Shown piece by piece: positions 48,248 to 57,120 of a stretch of DNA of 64,000 nucleotides. The number at the start of each line of letters is the position of its first letter. Within the stretch, counting starts at the first letter, position 1. The stretch covers positions 5,019-69,018 of the forward strand of contig CAKVLL010000004.1 in NCBI GenBank assembly GCA_934757255.1, in the 5' to 3' direction. Under the pieces are notes generated by a model, which did not search any database, was not told where the DNA came from, and saw only the letters and a list, made by a program, of their open reading frames with translations. This stretch comes from an uncultured Candidatus Melainabacteria bacterium (GTDB taxonomy: Bacteria > Cyanobacteriota > Vampirovibrionia > Gastranaerophilales > Gastranaerophilaceae). Made by a program: the position numbers and the translations under genes.

Positions 48248-49219
48248 TTACCTGCTCGCCCTAATTCTCGGATCTGCTATCATTAGCAGAATATCCGCAA
48301 TTAAGTTGCCTAATATTAACATTATTGTCCCCATCATTAATGATGCCATAACTAAATTAATATCCGATTTCATAACCGCCTCCAAAATCAGACGTCCAAG
48401 TCCCGGAAACTGAAAAACATATTCAGTAAGCGCAGCACCGCTCAAAAGTCCTGCGAATTCAAATCCCAAAAGTGTTATCATAGGATTTATTGCATTTCTA
48501 AGTGCATGTTTAAAAATAACTTTCCCTTCACTCAAACCTTTTGCACGAGCAAATTTAACATAATCACTATCTAACACTTCAAGCATATTTGCTCGCATTT
48601 GTCGTTGCAAACCTGATAAAGATATTGTAAACAAAACAATTACAGGTAAAACCAGATGCTTAGATAAATCCATTATTTTTCCACAAAAACTCATTTCGTT
48701 AAAATCATAACTCGTCAGACCTCCAACAGGAAACCAACCGGTTTTTACAGCAAAAATCAACATCAAAATAGCAAAAAAGAACGATGGGATTGCCATCCCT
48801 ACACTAGAAATTACTGTTAAAATTCTATCAAATGCCGTTTCTTTTTTTATCGCAGCCAAAATCCCAAGTGGAATTCCTACTATCCAAGTCATAAAAATCA
48901 CAATACTTGTCAACAATAATGTGTTTGGGATTCTTTCTTTTAGTTTTGTGGAAACCTTTTCACCGGCTGAAGTATACCCTAAATCACCTTGAACAAAAGA
49001 TTTTGCCCAAGAAGCATACTGGATATAAATCGGCTTATCCAATTTCAGACGTTTCATTTCTTTATTCAATGTTTCTTGAGAAATTGAAGGATTTAAGCGA
49101 AGTTCTGCAAGCGGATCAACAGGCGAAAGCCTGATTATAAAAAAGCTTATTAAAGATACCAAAATTAAAAGTGGTATCACTTGTAGAATTCTTTTTAGTA
49201 TATATTTAAATAAATTCAT
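48248..49219 (-). CDS. ABC transporter permease, OppB/DppB-like
   Basis: N-terminal ILKRILQVIPLLILVSLISFFI and the EAA block DYVKFARAKGLSEGKVIFKHALRNA. Confidence 0.9.
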   Translation of the reverse strand: MNLFKYILKRILQVIPLLILVSLISFFIIRLSPVDPLAELRLNPSISQETLNKEMKRLKLDKPIYIQYASWAKSFVQGDLGYTSAGEKVSTKLKERIPNTLLLTSIVIFMTWIVGIPLGILAAIKKETAFDRILTVISSVGMAIPSFFFAILMLIFAVKTGWFPVGGLTSYDFNEMSFCGKIMDLSKHLVLPVIVLFTISLSGLQRQMRANMLEVLDSDYVKFARAKGLSEGKVIFKHALRNAINPMITLLGFEFAGLLSGAALTEYVFQFPGLGRLILEAVMKSDINLVMASLMMGTIMLILGNLIADILLMIADPRIRASR

Positions 49220-49242
49220 TTTTACCTTTCAATATATTTAAG

Positions 49243-49313
49243 CCCCCACCCGAATTTCTAAGTTTCGCACAGCTCAACTTGAAATTCTACCCTCCCCCTA
49301 TAAAGGGAGGGAA
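49243..49313. repeat. long family 1 GC-rich repeat (second copy of the 43-nt core)
   Basis: cccccaccc + cacccgaatttctaagtttcgcacagctcaacttgaaattcta (49247-49289) + hairpin ccctccc-cctataaa-gggaggg. The core itself folds (gaatttctaagtt / aacttgaaattc). Confidence 0.85.
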
Positions 49314-49315
49314 CA

Positions 49316-51139
49316 TTAATCTATATAAACCTCATCCAAATTATAAATCAAACCACTCAGAGAAGTTGGAAAAATATTCTTAAACTTTTTCCTGATTGCA
49401 GTAATTCTAATTGGTGAATACAAATAAATTATTGGCTTTTGATTATAAATAATCGTTTGATACCTGTCGTACAAAGGTTTGCGTTCTTCGTACGTAAGTT
49501 TAAGCGCGCCTTCTCTAAAAATTTCATCTAACTCTTTTTCCCAATTCAGTCTATCGTCGACAGAATAGCCATTTGGACGCTGATTAAACAAATGTAAACT
49601 TCCATTTGAAGTCCAAACATTTTTACCGTCGTGCGGTTCAAGCGGAGTTCCGGTAAGCCCCATTATTGCCATATCCCAGTCGTTTGTATTTGTCATTTTA
49701 TTTACAAGAGAATTAAATTCTACAGGCTTAAAGTTTACCTTCATTCCTAAATCTTCTAAATCCTGTTTTACCATAACACCCAAAGCTTCGCGCTCAAGGT
49801 TACCTGCGTTTGTATATAAATCAAATTCTACTCGATTATTTAAAGAATCGTACAATTTTCCGTTTCTTTGCTTAAAACCTGCTTTTTCAAGACTCTTTTT
49901 CGCAACATTCAAATCACACGGATGCCCTTTAATATATTTATTTAAATAAATAGAATTTAAACTCTCGGCCGTAAATAAAGGTTCTGCAACACCCGATGCG
50001 ATATTTTGCACCATATTTTTTCTATCAACCGCCCAATCAATTGCAGCTCTAAAATCCCTATTGGCAAACCATTTTTGTTTAATAGGGTTTACATAAGGCT
50101 TTCCGTTCTTATCTTTTCGGTTATTTAGATTAATAACCAAAAACAAAGTTCCAGTGTCAGGTCCTAAATTATAAACTTTATAATCTGATTTTGCTTCATT
50201 AAGTTTATATTGCGCAACATTTGCACCTCGAATTCCCAGAACATCAATTTCTTTGGCTTCAAATTTCAGAATTTCATTATTTGAATCACCAACAATCATA
50301 TAAACAACTTTATCGAGATAAGGCAATTTTTTATTATCTAAATTAATTTTGTAATAATTCGGATTGCGTTCAAATACAACTCTTTGCGCCGCAACGTATT
50401 CTTTTAATCTGAATGCGCCACCTGATACAATAGTTTTAGGATTTGTATCAGGATTTAAAAAGGCATTAAACACAGACTCGCCTTTATCAGAATATGGTTT
50501 AAAATAATGTTTCGGCACAATCGGATAAGAAAGTTGTCTTAAAAATGGCGCAAATGGTTTAGGTGTTGTAAATTTAACGGTATAATCATCAAGTTTTACA
50601 AGTTCAGGCAATTTACCGTCAACTTTCATCGCATCCATAGTAGAAGGATTCCCCAAACCTTTAAATACAATTTCATTATACGTATACATTACATCATCGG
50701 CGTTAATTGGCTTACCATCTGACCATTTAATTCCATGTCTTAAGTGTATAATGTAATCATTGCCGTTAACTTCAAAACTTTTTGCCAGCTGCGGCTGCAC
50801 TTGACCGGTTCTAGAATTTGTACCAACAAGCCCATCATACAGCATTCCTGCCATAGAAGAAGATGTTGCATCTTTTGTGTTACAAGGGTTGAATGTTTTA
50901 GGCTCTCCAATAGTAGAAAGCACAATTCTTCCGCCAAATTTCCCCACAGGCGCTTGTGATTGCAGATAATCCACACCATTTATCGTAACATTTTTTTCTC
51001 GAGCAGGATATTTTATTTGAGATGAATTATCTTCTATTGCTTGTAAATCTACACATTCAGGCTTATCAGCTCTAATACATGCTTTAAGACATATCCCCAA
51101 TATCAGAACTATAAATAAAAAACTTAGAACTCTCTTCAT
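49316..51139 (-). CDS. ABC transporter substrate-binding protein, family 5 (peptide/nickel, OppA/DppA-like)
   Basis: A roughly 600-aa SBP_bac_5-like protein with signal peptide MKRVLSFLFIVLILGICLKAC. I use the ATG at 51139; the track start is at 51160. Confidence 0.85.
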   Translation of the reverse strand: MKRVLSFLFIVLILGICLKACIRADKPECVDLQAIEDNSSQIKYPAREKNVTINGVDYLQSQAPVGKFGGRIVLSTIGEPKTFNPCNTKDATSSSMAGMLYDGLVGTNSRTGQVQPQLAKSFEVNGNDYIIHLRHGIKWSDGKPINADDVMYTYNEIVFKGLGNPSTMDAMKVDGKLPELVKLDDYTVKFTTPKPFAPFLRQLSYPIVPKHYFKPYSDKGESVFNAFLNPDTNPKTIVSGGAFRLKEYVAAQRVVFERNPNYYKINLDNKKLPYLDKVVYMIVGDSNNEILKFEAKEIDVLGIRGANVAQYKLNEAKSDYKVYNLGPDTGTLFLVINLNNRKDKNGKPYVNPIKQKWFANRDFRAAIDWAVDRKNMVQNIASGVAEPLFTAESLNSIYLNKYIKGHPCDLNVAKKSLEKAGFKQRNGKLYDSLNNRVEFDLYTNAGNLEREALGVMVKQDLEDLGMKVNFKPVEFNSLVNKMTNTNDWDMAIMGLTGTPLEPHDGKNVWTSNGSLHLFNQRPNGYSVDDRLNWEKELDEIFREGALKLTYEERKPLYDRYQTIIYNQKPIIYLYSPIRITAIRKKFKNIFPTSLSGLIYNLDEVYID

Positions 51140-51234
51140 AGAATAAGAATACCATAGCAAAATAATTTTTGCTTAATCCAAAAGGCTAAATTTTTGTAAC
51201 AAATTGTAAAAAATTAAAATTATATTAAAATATC

Positions 51235-51273
51235 TTTACAACCTTGCCAATGTTGTTTTTATAATGGTAGAAT
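51235..51273 (+). promoter_or_regulatory. candidate promoter region of flhA
   Basis: Two overlapping options. One is TTGCCA (51244-49), 18-nt spacer, TGgTAGAAT (51265-73, extended -10). The other is TTTACA (51235-40), 19-nt spacer, TATAAT (51260-65). Confidence 0.4.
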
Positions 51274-51315
51274 ATTATTGGTGGAGAGGTATGCCTCTTT
51301 TAGAGAAAGAGACAA

Positions 51316-53409
51316 ATGGAACTGGGTAAATTATCAAAAATATTAAGCAATAATGATATCGTCCTTGCGATTGGCTTGGTCGTTATTGTGTGCATGATGG
51401 TAATTCCACTTCCACCTGTACTTTTAGATTTATTACTGACCGTAAACATTTCTTTAGCAGTTGTCATCATGCTTGTTTGTCTATACACCCAAGAACCGCT
51501 TGATTATTCTTCTTTTCCAACGGTTCTATTGATTGCAACCCTCTTCAGATTAGGTCTAAACGTTAGTTCTACACGTTTAATTTTATTAAACGGTGAGGCC
51601 GGAAATGTAATTAACTCGTTCGGAGAATTCGTTGTCGGTGGTAACTACGTTGTCGGTGCCGTTATATTTTGTATCCTTGTTTTAATTAACTTCATGGTAA
51701 TTACAGGTGGTGCGACTCGTGTTGCTGAAGTTTCTGCCAGATTTACATTGGATAAAATGCCCGGCAAGCAATTGAGTATTGACGCTGATTTAAACTCAGG
51801 TCTGATTAACGAAGAACAGGCGAAAGAAAGACGTAAAAAATTAGAGCGCGAAACTGATTTTTACGGTACTATGGATGGTGCTTCTAAGTTCGTTAAAGGT
51901 GATGCGACAGCAGGTATCGTAATTACTGTTATAAATATCGTTGGTGGTTTGATTATCGGTATAATTCAATTACACATGAATGTTCAACAAGCGCTCTCTA
52001 CATATACTATTTTAACAGTTGGTGATGGTCTTGTTTCTCAAATTCCTGCACTTTTGATTTCTACTGCAACTGGTTTGATTGTGTCTCGTGCAACAGGGAA
52101 AGACGAATCTTTATCTCAAGATATCAAAAACGAAATGTTTTCTGATCCTAGAGTTTTAGGTGTTGTAGCCGGTCTTTTAGGTTTTATGGGTATAATCCCA
52201 GGTATGCCAACTGTTCCGTTTTTGGCAATTGCAGGTATTGCTGGTGGAATGGCTTATTTTAAAGCTAAAAATAAAAAAGAAGTTCAGCAAACACAAGAAG
52301 CTCAACAGGCTCAACAAGCTCAACAAGAAAAGCTCGGCAAAAAAGAAAAACGCGCAAAAGCTACAAGAGAAAGTGTTATGGAATTGCTTAACGTAGATAC
52401 TATTGAAATCGAAGTTGGTTACAGGCTTGTTCAGTTGCTTAATGTTGAAATGGGCGGTGATTTATTGGAACGTATTGCTCAAATCAGACGCCAAACAGCA
52501 CTTGATTTAGGTATTGTACTTCCATCCATAAGAGTGCGTGATAATTTACAACTTTCTCCAAATTCTTATCAAATAAAATTAAAAGGTGTTGCACTGGAAT
52601 CCGGAGAAGTTTATCCTGAACGATATCTAGCAATGTGCGCCGGCGACCCTGTCGGCAACTTAGCAATTAACGGTATTCACGCAATTGAACCGGCGTTTGG
52701 TTTACCTGCTCTTTGGATAGAACCTAAGGACAAAGACATGGCAGAAATGTCTGGTTACACGGTAGTTTCAGCTTCTGCAGTAATTTCAACTCACATAACA
52801 GAAGTTATCAAAAAATGCGCATCTGAAATTATTTCAAGATTTGACGTCCAACAACTTATTGACAACCTTAAAAAAGAAGTTTCAGAAGATTATGTAAACG
52901 ACATAATGAAAGATATTACAGTTGGCGATGTTCAAATTGTTATGCAAAACTTGCTTAAAGAAGGTGTTGCAGTACGCGATTTGAAAACGATTTTAGAAAC
53001 AATCAGTTTGCAAGCTAAGATTAATAAAAATCCTAATTTCTTAACTGAACATGTGCGCCAAGCATTATCAAGAAATATCTGCAAACAAAATCTTGCCGAT
53101 ACCGGCGAATTATATGTAATAACACTTGCACCTGATGTTGAAAATACAATTGCAAAAGGAGCAAGTCCTGACGGTCAAAGCGTTACACTCGACCCAAGCT
53201 TTACTAAAAATATGTTTGACAAGATGAATTTGGAATTGGAAAAAGCTATTACAGCAACAGGAAACCAGCCTGTAATTTTATGTTCTTCGCCTATCAGACT
53301 GTTATTTAGAAAGCTTGTTGAAAGAACTTATCCACAAATTTCTATTATGTCATATAATGAAATTAGTCCGAATGTTAAGGTCAAGTCAGTTGGCATGGTG
53401 AAGGCGTAA
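51316..53409 (+). CDS. flhA: flagellar export apparatus protein FlhA
   Basis: Contains FPTVLLIATLFRLGLNVSSTRLIL, FVVGGNYVVG, RVAEVSARFTLDKMPGKQLSIDADLN and FYGTMDGASKFVKGDA, followed by a Q/A-rich linker and the cytoplasmic domain. Confidence 0.95.
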   Translation: MELGKLSKILSNNDIVLAIGLVVIVCMMVIPLPPVLLDLLLTVNISLAVVIMLVCLYTQEPLDYSSFPTVLLIATLFRLGLNVSSTRLILLNGEAGNVINSFGEFVVGGNYVVGAVIFCILVLINFMVITGGATRVAEVSARFTLDKMPGKQLSIDADLNSGLINEEQAKERRKKLERETDFYGTMDGASKFVKGDATAGIVITVINIVGGLIIGIIQLHMNVQQALSTYTILTVGDGLVSQIPALLISTATGLIVSRATGKDESLSQDIKNEMFSDPRVLGVVAGLLGFMGIIPGMPTVPFLAIAGIAGGMAYFKAKNKKEVQQTQEAQQAQQAQQEKLGKKEKRAKATRESVMELLNVDTIEIEVGYRLVQLLNVEMGGDLLERIAQIRRQTALDLGIVLPSIRVRDNLQLSPNSYQIKLKGVALESGEVYPERYLAMCAGDPVGNLAINGIHAIEPAFGLPALWIEPKDKDMAEMSGYTVVSASAVISTHITEVIKKCASEIISRFDVQQLIDNLKKEVSEDYVNDIMKDITVGDVQIVMQNLLKEGVAVRDLKTILETISLQAKINKNPNFLTEHVRQALSRNICKQNLADTGELYVITLAPDVENTIAKGASPDGQSVTLDPSFTKNMFDKMNLELEKAITATGNQPVILCSSPIRLLFRKLVERTYPQISIMSYNEISPNVKVKSVGMVKA

Positions 53410-53410
53410 G

Positions 53411-53455
53411 AGCCCCTCACCCCCAACCCCTCTCCCGCAAGGGGCGAGGGGAGAA
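53411..53455. repeat. GC-rich palindromic intergenic repeat (family 1 copy)
   Basis: cccctcaccccc-aa-cccctctccc-gcaa-ggggcgagggg. Its minus-strand translation gives the PLAGEGLGVRG string seen in the spurious ORF 53328-53603. Confidence 0.8.
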
Positions 53456-53481
53456 AATAAAAAAAATCAGAAAGGTCATAT

Positions 53482-54081
53482 ATGAGAGAACTAATAAAAG
53501 AAAACCAAATAGTAACAATCGTTCCACAAGATTTTAAACTTACAAATAAAGGAAAAGTTTTAAATGTTTCAATGGATGGTTTTAGAATGGAATTGAAATA
53601 CAAGCCTGACGGACTTATTGTTAATCATATTTGCGATTTTTATTCTTTTACAGATAATGGTTATCTTTATTTTGAATCTTATATACAGAAACTTGAAAAC
53701 AACGTGATTACAATTGCGAATCCTGTAAAACACAGATTTTTACAAAGACGTAAATTTACACGTATTAAATTCTTAGAAGATTTAGAATTGACTTGCGGTG
53801 ACGTTTCTCACAAAGTTAGAACCCTTGACCTTTCTGCCGGTGGTATGAAATTAAGAACAGAAGCCAATATTGATATAGAAAAAGTCTATGATGTTTCAAT
53901 TAAATTAAGTGACGAGCAAGAAATAAAATGTAAATACCAACTTATCCGTGTAGAAAAAGGTGATAGCGGACTTTATACAATTTCCGGAAGATTTACATCA
54001 TTAAGTAACATTGATAAAATGACACTTGTTCAATTCTGTATGAAAAAAGACATGGAAAACCTAAATAAACGCGGAGAATAA
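53482..54081 (+). CDS. PilZ domain protein (YcgR-like c-di-GMP receptor)
   Basis: RxxxR motif in LQRRKFTRIKF and D.S.GG motif in LDLSAGGMKL. It lies directly downstream of flhA. Confidence 0.8.
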   Translation: MRELIKENQIVTIVPQDFKLTNKGKVLNVSMDGFRMELKYKPDGLIVNHICDFYSFTDNGYLYFESYIQKLENNVITIANPVKHRFLQRRKFTRIKFLEDLELTCGDVSHKVRTLDLSAGGMKLRTEANIDIEKVYDVSIKLSDEQEIKCKYQLIRVEKGDSGLYTISGRFTSLSNIDKMTLVQFCMKKDMENLNKRGE

Positions 54082-54096
54082 GTGAGGAAAAACTAA

Positions 54097-54441
54097 ATGG
54101 GGTATGCAGAAAATTTAAGATTATTTTTTGTAGTTATTACAATTATTGTCTTGGGTACAGTTAGCATTATAAGAGTTGGTGCTATAGATATGCATGCAAT
54201 TATTACAACAGCCATAATCTTAATTCCAGCAACAGTAGTAATGGGTTATTTAGGACAAAGAATGGGCGAAATAATGGATAATCCAAAAAATAGAGCTGAT
54301 GCTGATTATAAATTAGCTGTATTAAATGCTTTAAAGAAAATGGACAAATCTATAACTCTCCAAGAACTTAATGAAAAATTAACAAAACAAGTTGCAGAAC
54401 CTGATTTGCCAGATTCTTCAGACGATGATATAGATGTGTAA
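54097..54441 (+). CDS. small membrane protein (2 TM) with acidic C-terminus
   Basis: Two hydrophobic helices (LFFVVITIIVLGTVSII; AIITTAIILIPATVVMGYL) and a C-terminal PDLPDSSDDDIDV. It lies 15 nt after the PilZ gene. Confidence 0.55.
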   Translation: MGYAENLRLFFVVITIIVLGTVSIIRVGAIDMHAIITTAIILIPATVVMGYLGQRMGEIMDNPKNRADADYKLAVLNALKKMDKSITLQELNEKLTKQVAEPDLPDSSDDDIDV

Positions 54442-54552
54442 ATTTTCAAAATTAACATTTTTTTGCGAATTGTAAAATTTCGTAAAAAAAATGTCAAAAA
54501 AAACTTTTCATTTGTTTTAATTTGTGTATAATATAACAAAGGAAGAAGATTT

Positions 54553-55389
54553 ATGATACAAACAACTTCACAAAACATAACAACAAAACCAACAAACATA
54601 CATGAAGAGCTAGAGCGTTATTTACAAAAAGTTTTTGAAAACGAACTTAAAGCACAAGAGTCTGTTCTAGTAAGTTATAATCCTTTTGTAATTAAGAAAA
54701 TCGCAGGATATCTTTCCGGAAGAATTAAAATGCCGGCTTCTATTGGTATTGCAGGAGAAACCGCAAGTGGTAAGTCAACTATTACAATGGACCTGATTGA
54801 TACAATTGAGTCTTTTGCAACTGAATTTAATATTGATAATGCAATTACTCGTGTTAATACAGATGATTATTATTATGATCGTTCTGAGATGGTAAAAGCT
54901 GCAGGGAGTTTTTCCGAATTTGCAAAACACTATGATTTAGATGTTCCTCAAGCTTTGGAATTAGAATTAATGAGCAAACATATCATGGAATTATTATCTG
55001 GAAAAGAAACTTATCTTCCAAAATATGACATGAGCGGAACTGCGATTAGACATGACAATTATACGTTAGCTAAACCTTCTAAAATTATTATTTCAGAAGG
55101 TTTATTTACGCTTACAGAGAAAGTAAAAGATGCGTTTAACTTTAAAATTTATGTTGATATAGATGAAAAAATTAAAAAAGAAAGATTTTATATAAGAGCA
55201 AAAGAACGAGATTTGGGCGATTCAGCTGATTTCATTTATAAAAATGCAAATGATAAAGCAGAAGTTCACATTAGACCTTGCAAAAAATATGCAGATATTG
55301 TTTTATCTGGTTCTGCGGAAAGAATTAAATATAAGAACTTCTTAAACAAGATTATCGGTATTGTACAAGAATTGTATTATATAAAATAA
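54553..55389 (+). CDS. uridine kinase / phosphoribulokinase family P-loop kinase
   Basis: Walker A IGIAGETASGKSTIT and the typical IISEGLF and YVD.D....RF.R blocks. Confidence 0.7.
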   Translation: MIQTTSQNITTKPTNIHEELERYLQKVFENELKAQESVLVSYNPFVIKKIAGYLSGRIKMPASIGIAGETASGKSTITMDLIDTIESFATEFNIDNAITRVNTDDYYYDRSEMVKAAGSFSEFAKHYDLDVPQALELELMSKHIMELLSGKETYLPKYDMSGTAIRHDNYTLAKPSKIIISEGLFTLTEKVKDAFNFKIYVDIDEKIKKERFYIRAKERDLGDSADFIYKNANDKAEVHIRPCKKYADIVLSGSAERIKYKNFLNKIIGIVQELYYIK

Positions 55390-55483
55390 ACATTTATATA
55401 TAAATATTCTTAATATATCTCTTATCATTCTGTGTGTCTTATGTTATAATCTTCTTATACTTTGGAAATTAAGGAGATAATTA

Positions 55484-55816
55484 ATGAATACAGCAACTAT
55501 CATTGGTAGAGCAGGACAAGATGCAGAAATTAAATATTTTGAATCAGGTAAAGTTAAAACAACATTTTCTTTAGCTGTAAACAGATGGGATAGAAAAACA
55601 AACGGCGAAGTTACTGACTGGTATAATATTGAAGTTTGGGATAAACAAGCTGAATTTGCCGGCGAATACATAAAAAAGGGTCGCCAAGTTGTTGTTGATG
55701 GTAGAATTTCTATTAGCAAATGGACTGACCAAGCAGGAGAAGAAAGAGAAAGATTTTTAATAATCGCTAATAATGTTAGATTATTAGGTTCTAAAAGGGA
55801 TGCAGAGCAACAATAA
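55484..55816 (+). CDS. ssb: single-stranded DNA-binding protein (short form, no acidic C-terminal tip)
   Basis: OB-fold MNTATIIGRAGQDAEIKYFESGKVKTTFSLAVNR...TDWYNIEVWDKQAEFAGEYIKKGRQVVVDGRI. It ends ..GSKRDAEQQ with no D-D-D-I-P-F type tail. Confidence 0.9.
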   Translation: MNTATIIGRAGQDAEIKYFESGKVKTTFSLAVNRWDRKTNGEVTDWYNIEVWDKQAEFAGEYIKKGRQVVVDGRISISKWTDQAGEERERFLIIANNVRLLGSKRDAEQQ

Positions 55817-57120
55817 TGATATTTTCTGATATAGTAGGAATAATTGCGGATGATTTGACGGGTGCAAACGATACAGCTTTGCAATTTCATTTGCGCGGTG
55901 CAAATACTAAAATTCTCTTAGATAGTGAATGTATTCCGCAAGATAAAGCAGATACTGAGGTTTGGGCATTATCGTCCGAATCAAGGAATGTTGAAGATTG
56001 GGAAGCCGTTTCAAGAGTTGAAAAAGCGGTTAGAGCGTTTGTTGAGAACTTTTCATTTGACTATTATTACAAAAAAATTGATTCAACAATTCGCGGTCAT
56101 ATAGCAAAAGAAACTTTAACCATGCTTCAAATCTTAAATTATGATGCTGCAATAATCATGCCTGCTTTTCCACAAGAAGGTAGAATTACGGTTGGCGGAT
56201 ATCATCTTCTTAAAGGAGTACCTTTAGGTAGAACTGAAATGGCGATGGATCCGCATTCTCCGATTTTGGAATCACATGTTCCAACTCTTTTAATGTCCCA
56301 ATTAGATGACAAACAAAAGGATTTGATTGGTACTATTGATTTAAAGACAGTTATGAATGGTGCCGGCCCTATTTTGATTAAAATAAACGAATTAATCAAA
56401 GAAGGCAAAAAATTAATTGTGGCTGACGCAACTTCAATTACTGATATTGAACAAATAGCGTTAGCAATAAAAAAATGTGATAAAAAATTGCTTCCGACTG
56501 GAACGGCAGCCGGCGCTCAAGTTCTTGGTAAATTTTGGTTGTCAGGAATTGAAAAAGAACGAGAACCTTTACACTTAGAAAAATTGCCAAAATTTGTGGT
56601 TTCAGGAACTGCAACACAAATTACGGCAGAGCAGATTGCTAAACTTGAGCAGTCTGATGATATTGAAAATGTGAATTTCATTGCACTTGATGTCAAAGAC
56701 ATTTTAGCCGGTGTTACGGATGATATTGTAGATAGAATTTATAGAAATTTATCAAGTGATATTACTGTAGTAGTACACACTTCGCATTTAATTACAAATT
56801 TTGACGGTTTTTCTGAAGATTCTTTTAATGCTGAATTAACTAAAGATAAATTAGCAATAAAGATTACTGATTATTTAGCGGATTTAACAGAAAAAGTTCT
56901 TTCAAAAATCAATGTAATATTAATTACATTGGGTGGTGAAACGTCTTATAAATGTTGCAAAGCGATTAAATCAAACGAATTAAAACTTGTAGATGAAGTA
57001 GCGCCTGCAATATCAATTTGTTCTGATATAAATAATCGTTGGATTGTTACAAAATCAGGCAACTTAGGTAACACAAAAACGTTAATAGAAATTTTAAATT
57101 ATTTTAAATACCATGAATAA
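55816..57120 (+). CDS. four-carbon acid-sugar kinase family protein (DUF1537)
   Basis: N-terminal GIIADDLTGANDTALQF signature, a size of about 430 aa and pairing with a PdxA-family gene. Its start shares one base with the ssb stop (TAATG). Confidence 0.8.
   Translation: MIFSDIVGIIADDLTGANDTALQFHLRGANTKILLDSECIPQDKADTEVWALSSESRNVEDWEAVSRVEKAVRAFVENFSFDYYYKKIDSTIRGHIAKETLTMLQILNYDAAIIMPAFPQEGRITVGGYHLLKGVPLGRTEMAMDPHSPILESHVPTLLMSQLDDKQKDLIGTIDLKTVMNGAGPILIKINELIKEGKKLIVADATSITDIEQIALAIKKCDKKLLPTGTAAGAQVLGKFWLSGIEKEREPLHLEKLPKFVVSGTATQITAEQIAKLEQSDDIENVNFIALDVKDILAGVTDDIVDRIYRNLSSDITVVVHTSHLITNFDGFSEDSFNAELTKDKLAIKITDYLADLTEKVLSKINVILITLGGETSYKCCKAIKSNELKLVDEVAPAISICSDINNRWIVTKSGNLGNTKTLIEILNYFKYHE

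Noticed and set aside
48049-49315. GC-rich hairpin repeats considered as a possible CRISPR array.
   Set aside because: There are only a few copies, of heterogeneous sequence and length, separated by a full permease gene rather than regular 30-40 nt spacers. No cas genes are present.
52300-52326. Triple 9-nt repeat (gctcaacag/gctcaacaa/gctcaacaa) inside flhA.
   Set aside because: It encodes the low-complexity Q/A linker between the FlhA membrane and cytoplasmic domains. This is a normal variable linker, not a separate element.
53328-53603. 91-aa minus-strand ORF containing PLAGEGLGVRG.
   Set aside because: It is the translation of the GC-rich palindromic repeat and overlaps both the flhA 3' end and the PilZ gene 5' end in antisense.
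55444-55890. 148-aa minus-strand ORF.
   Set aside because: It is entirely antisense to the well-supported ssb gene and the start of the DUF1537 kinase, and has no recognisable features.
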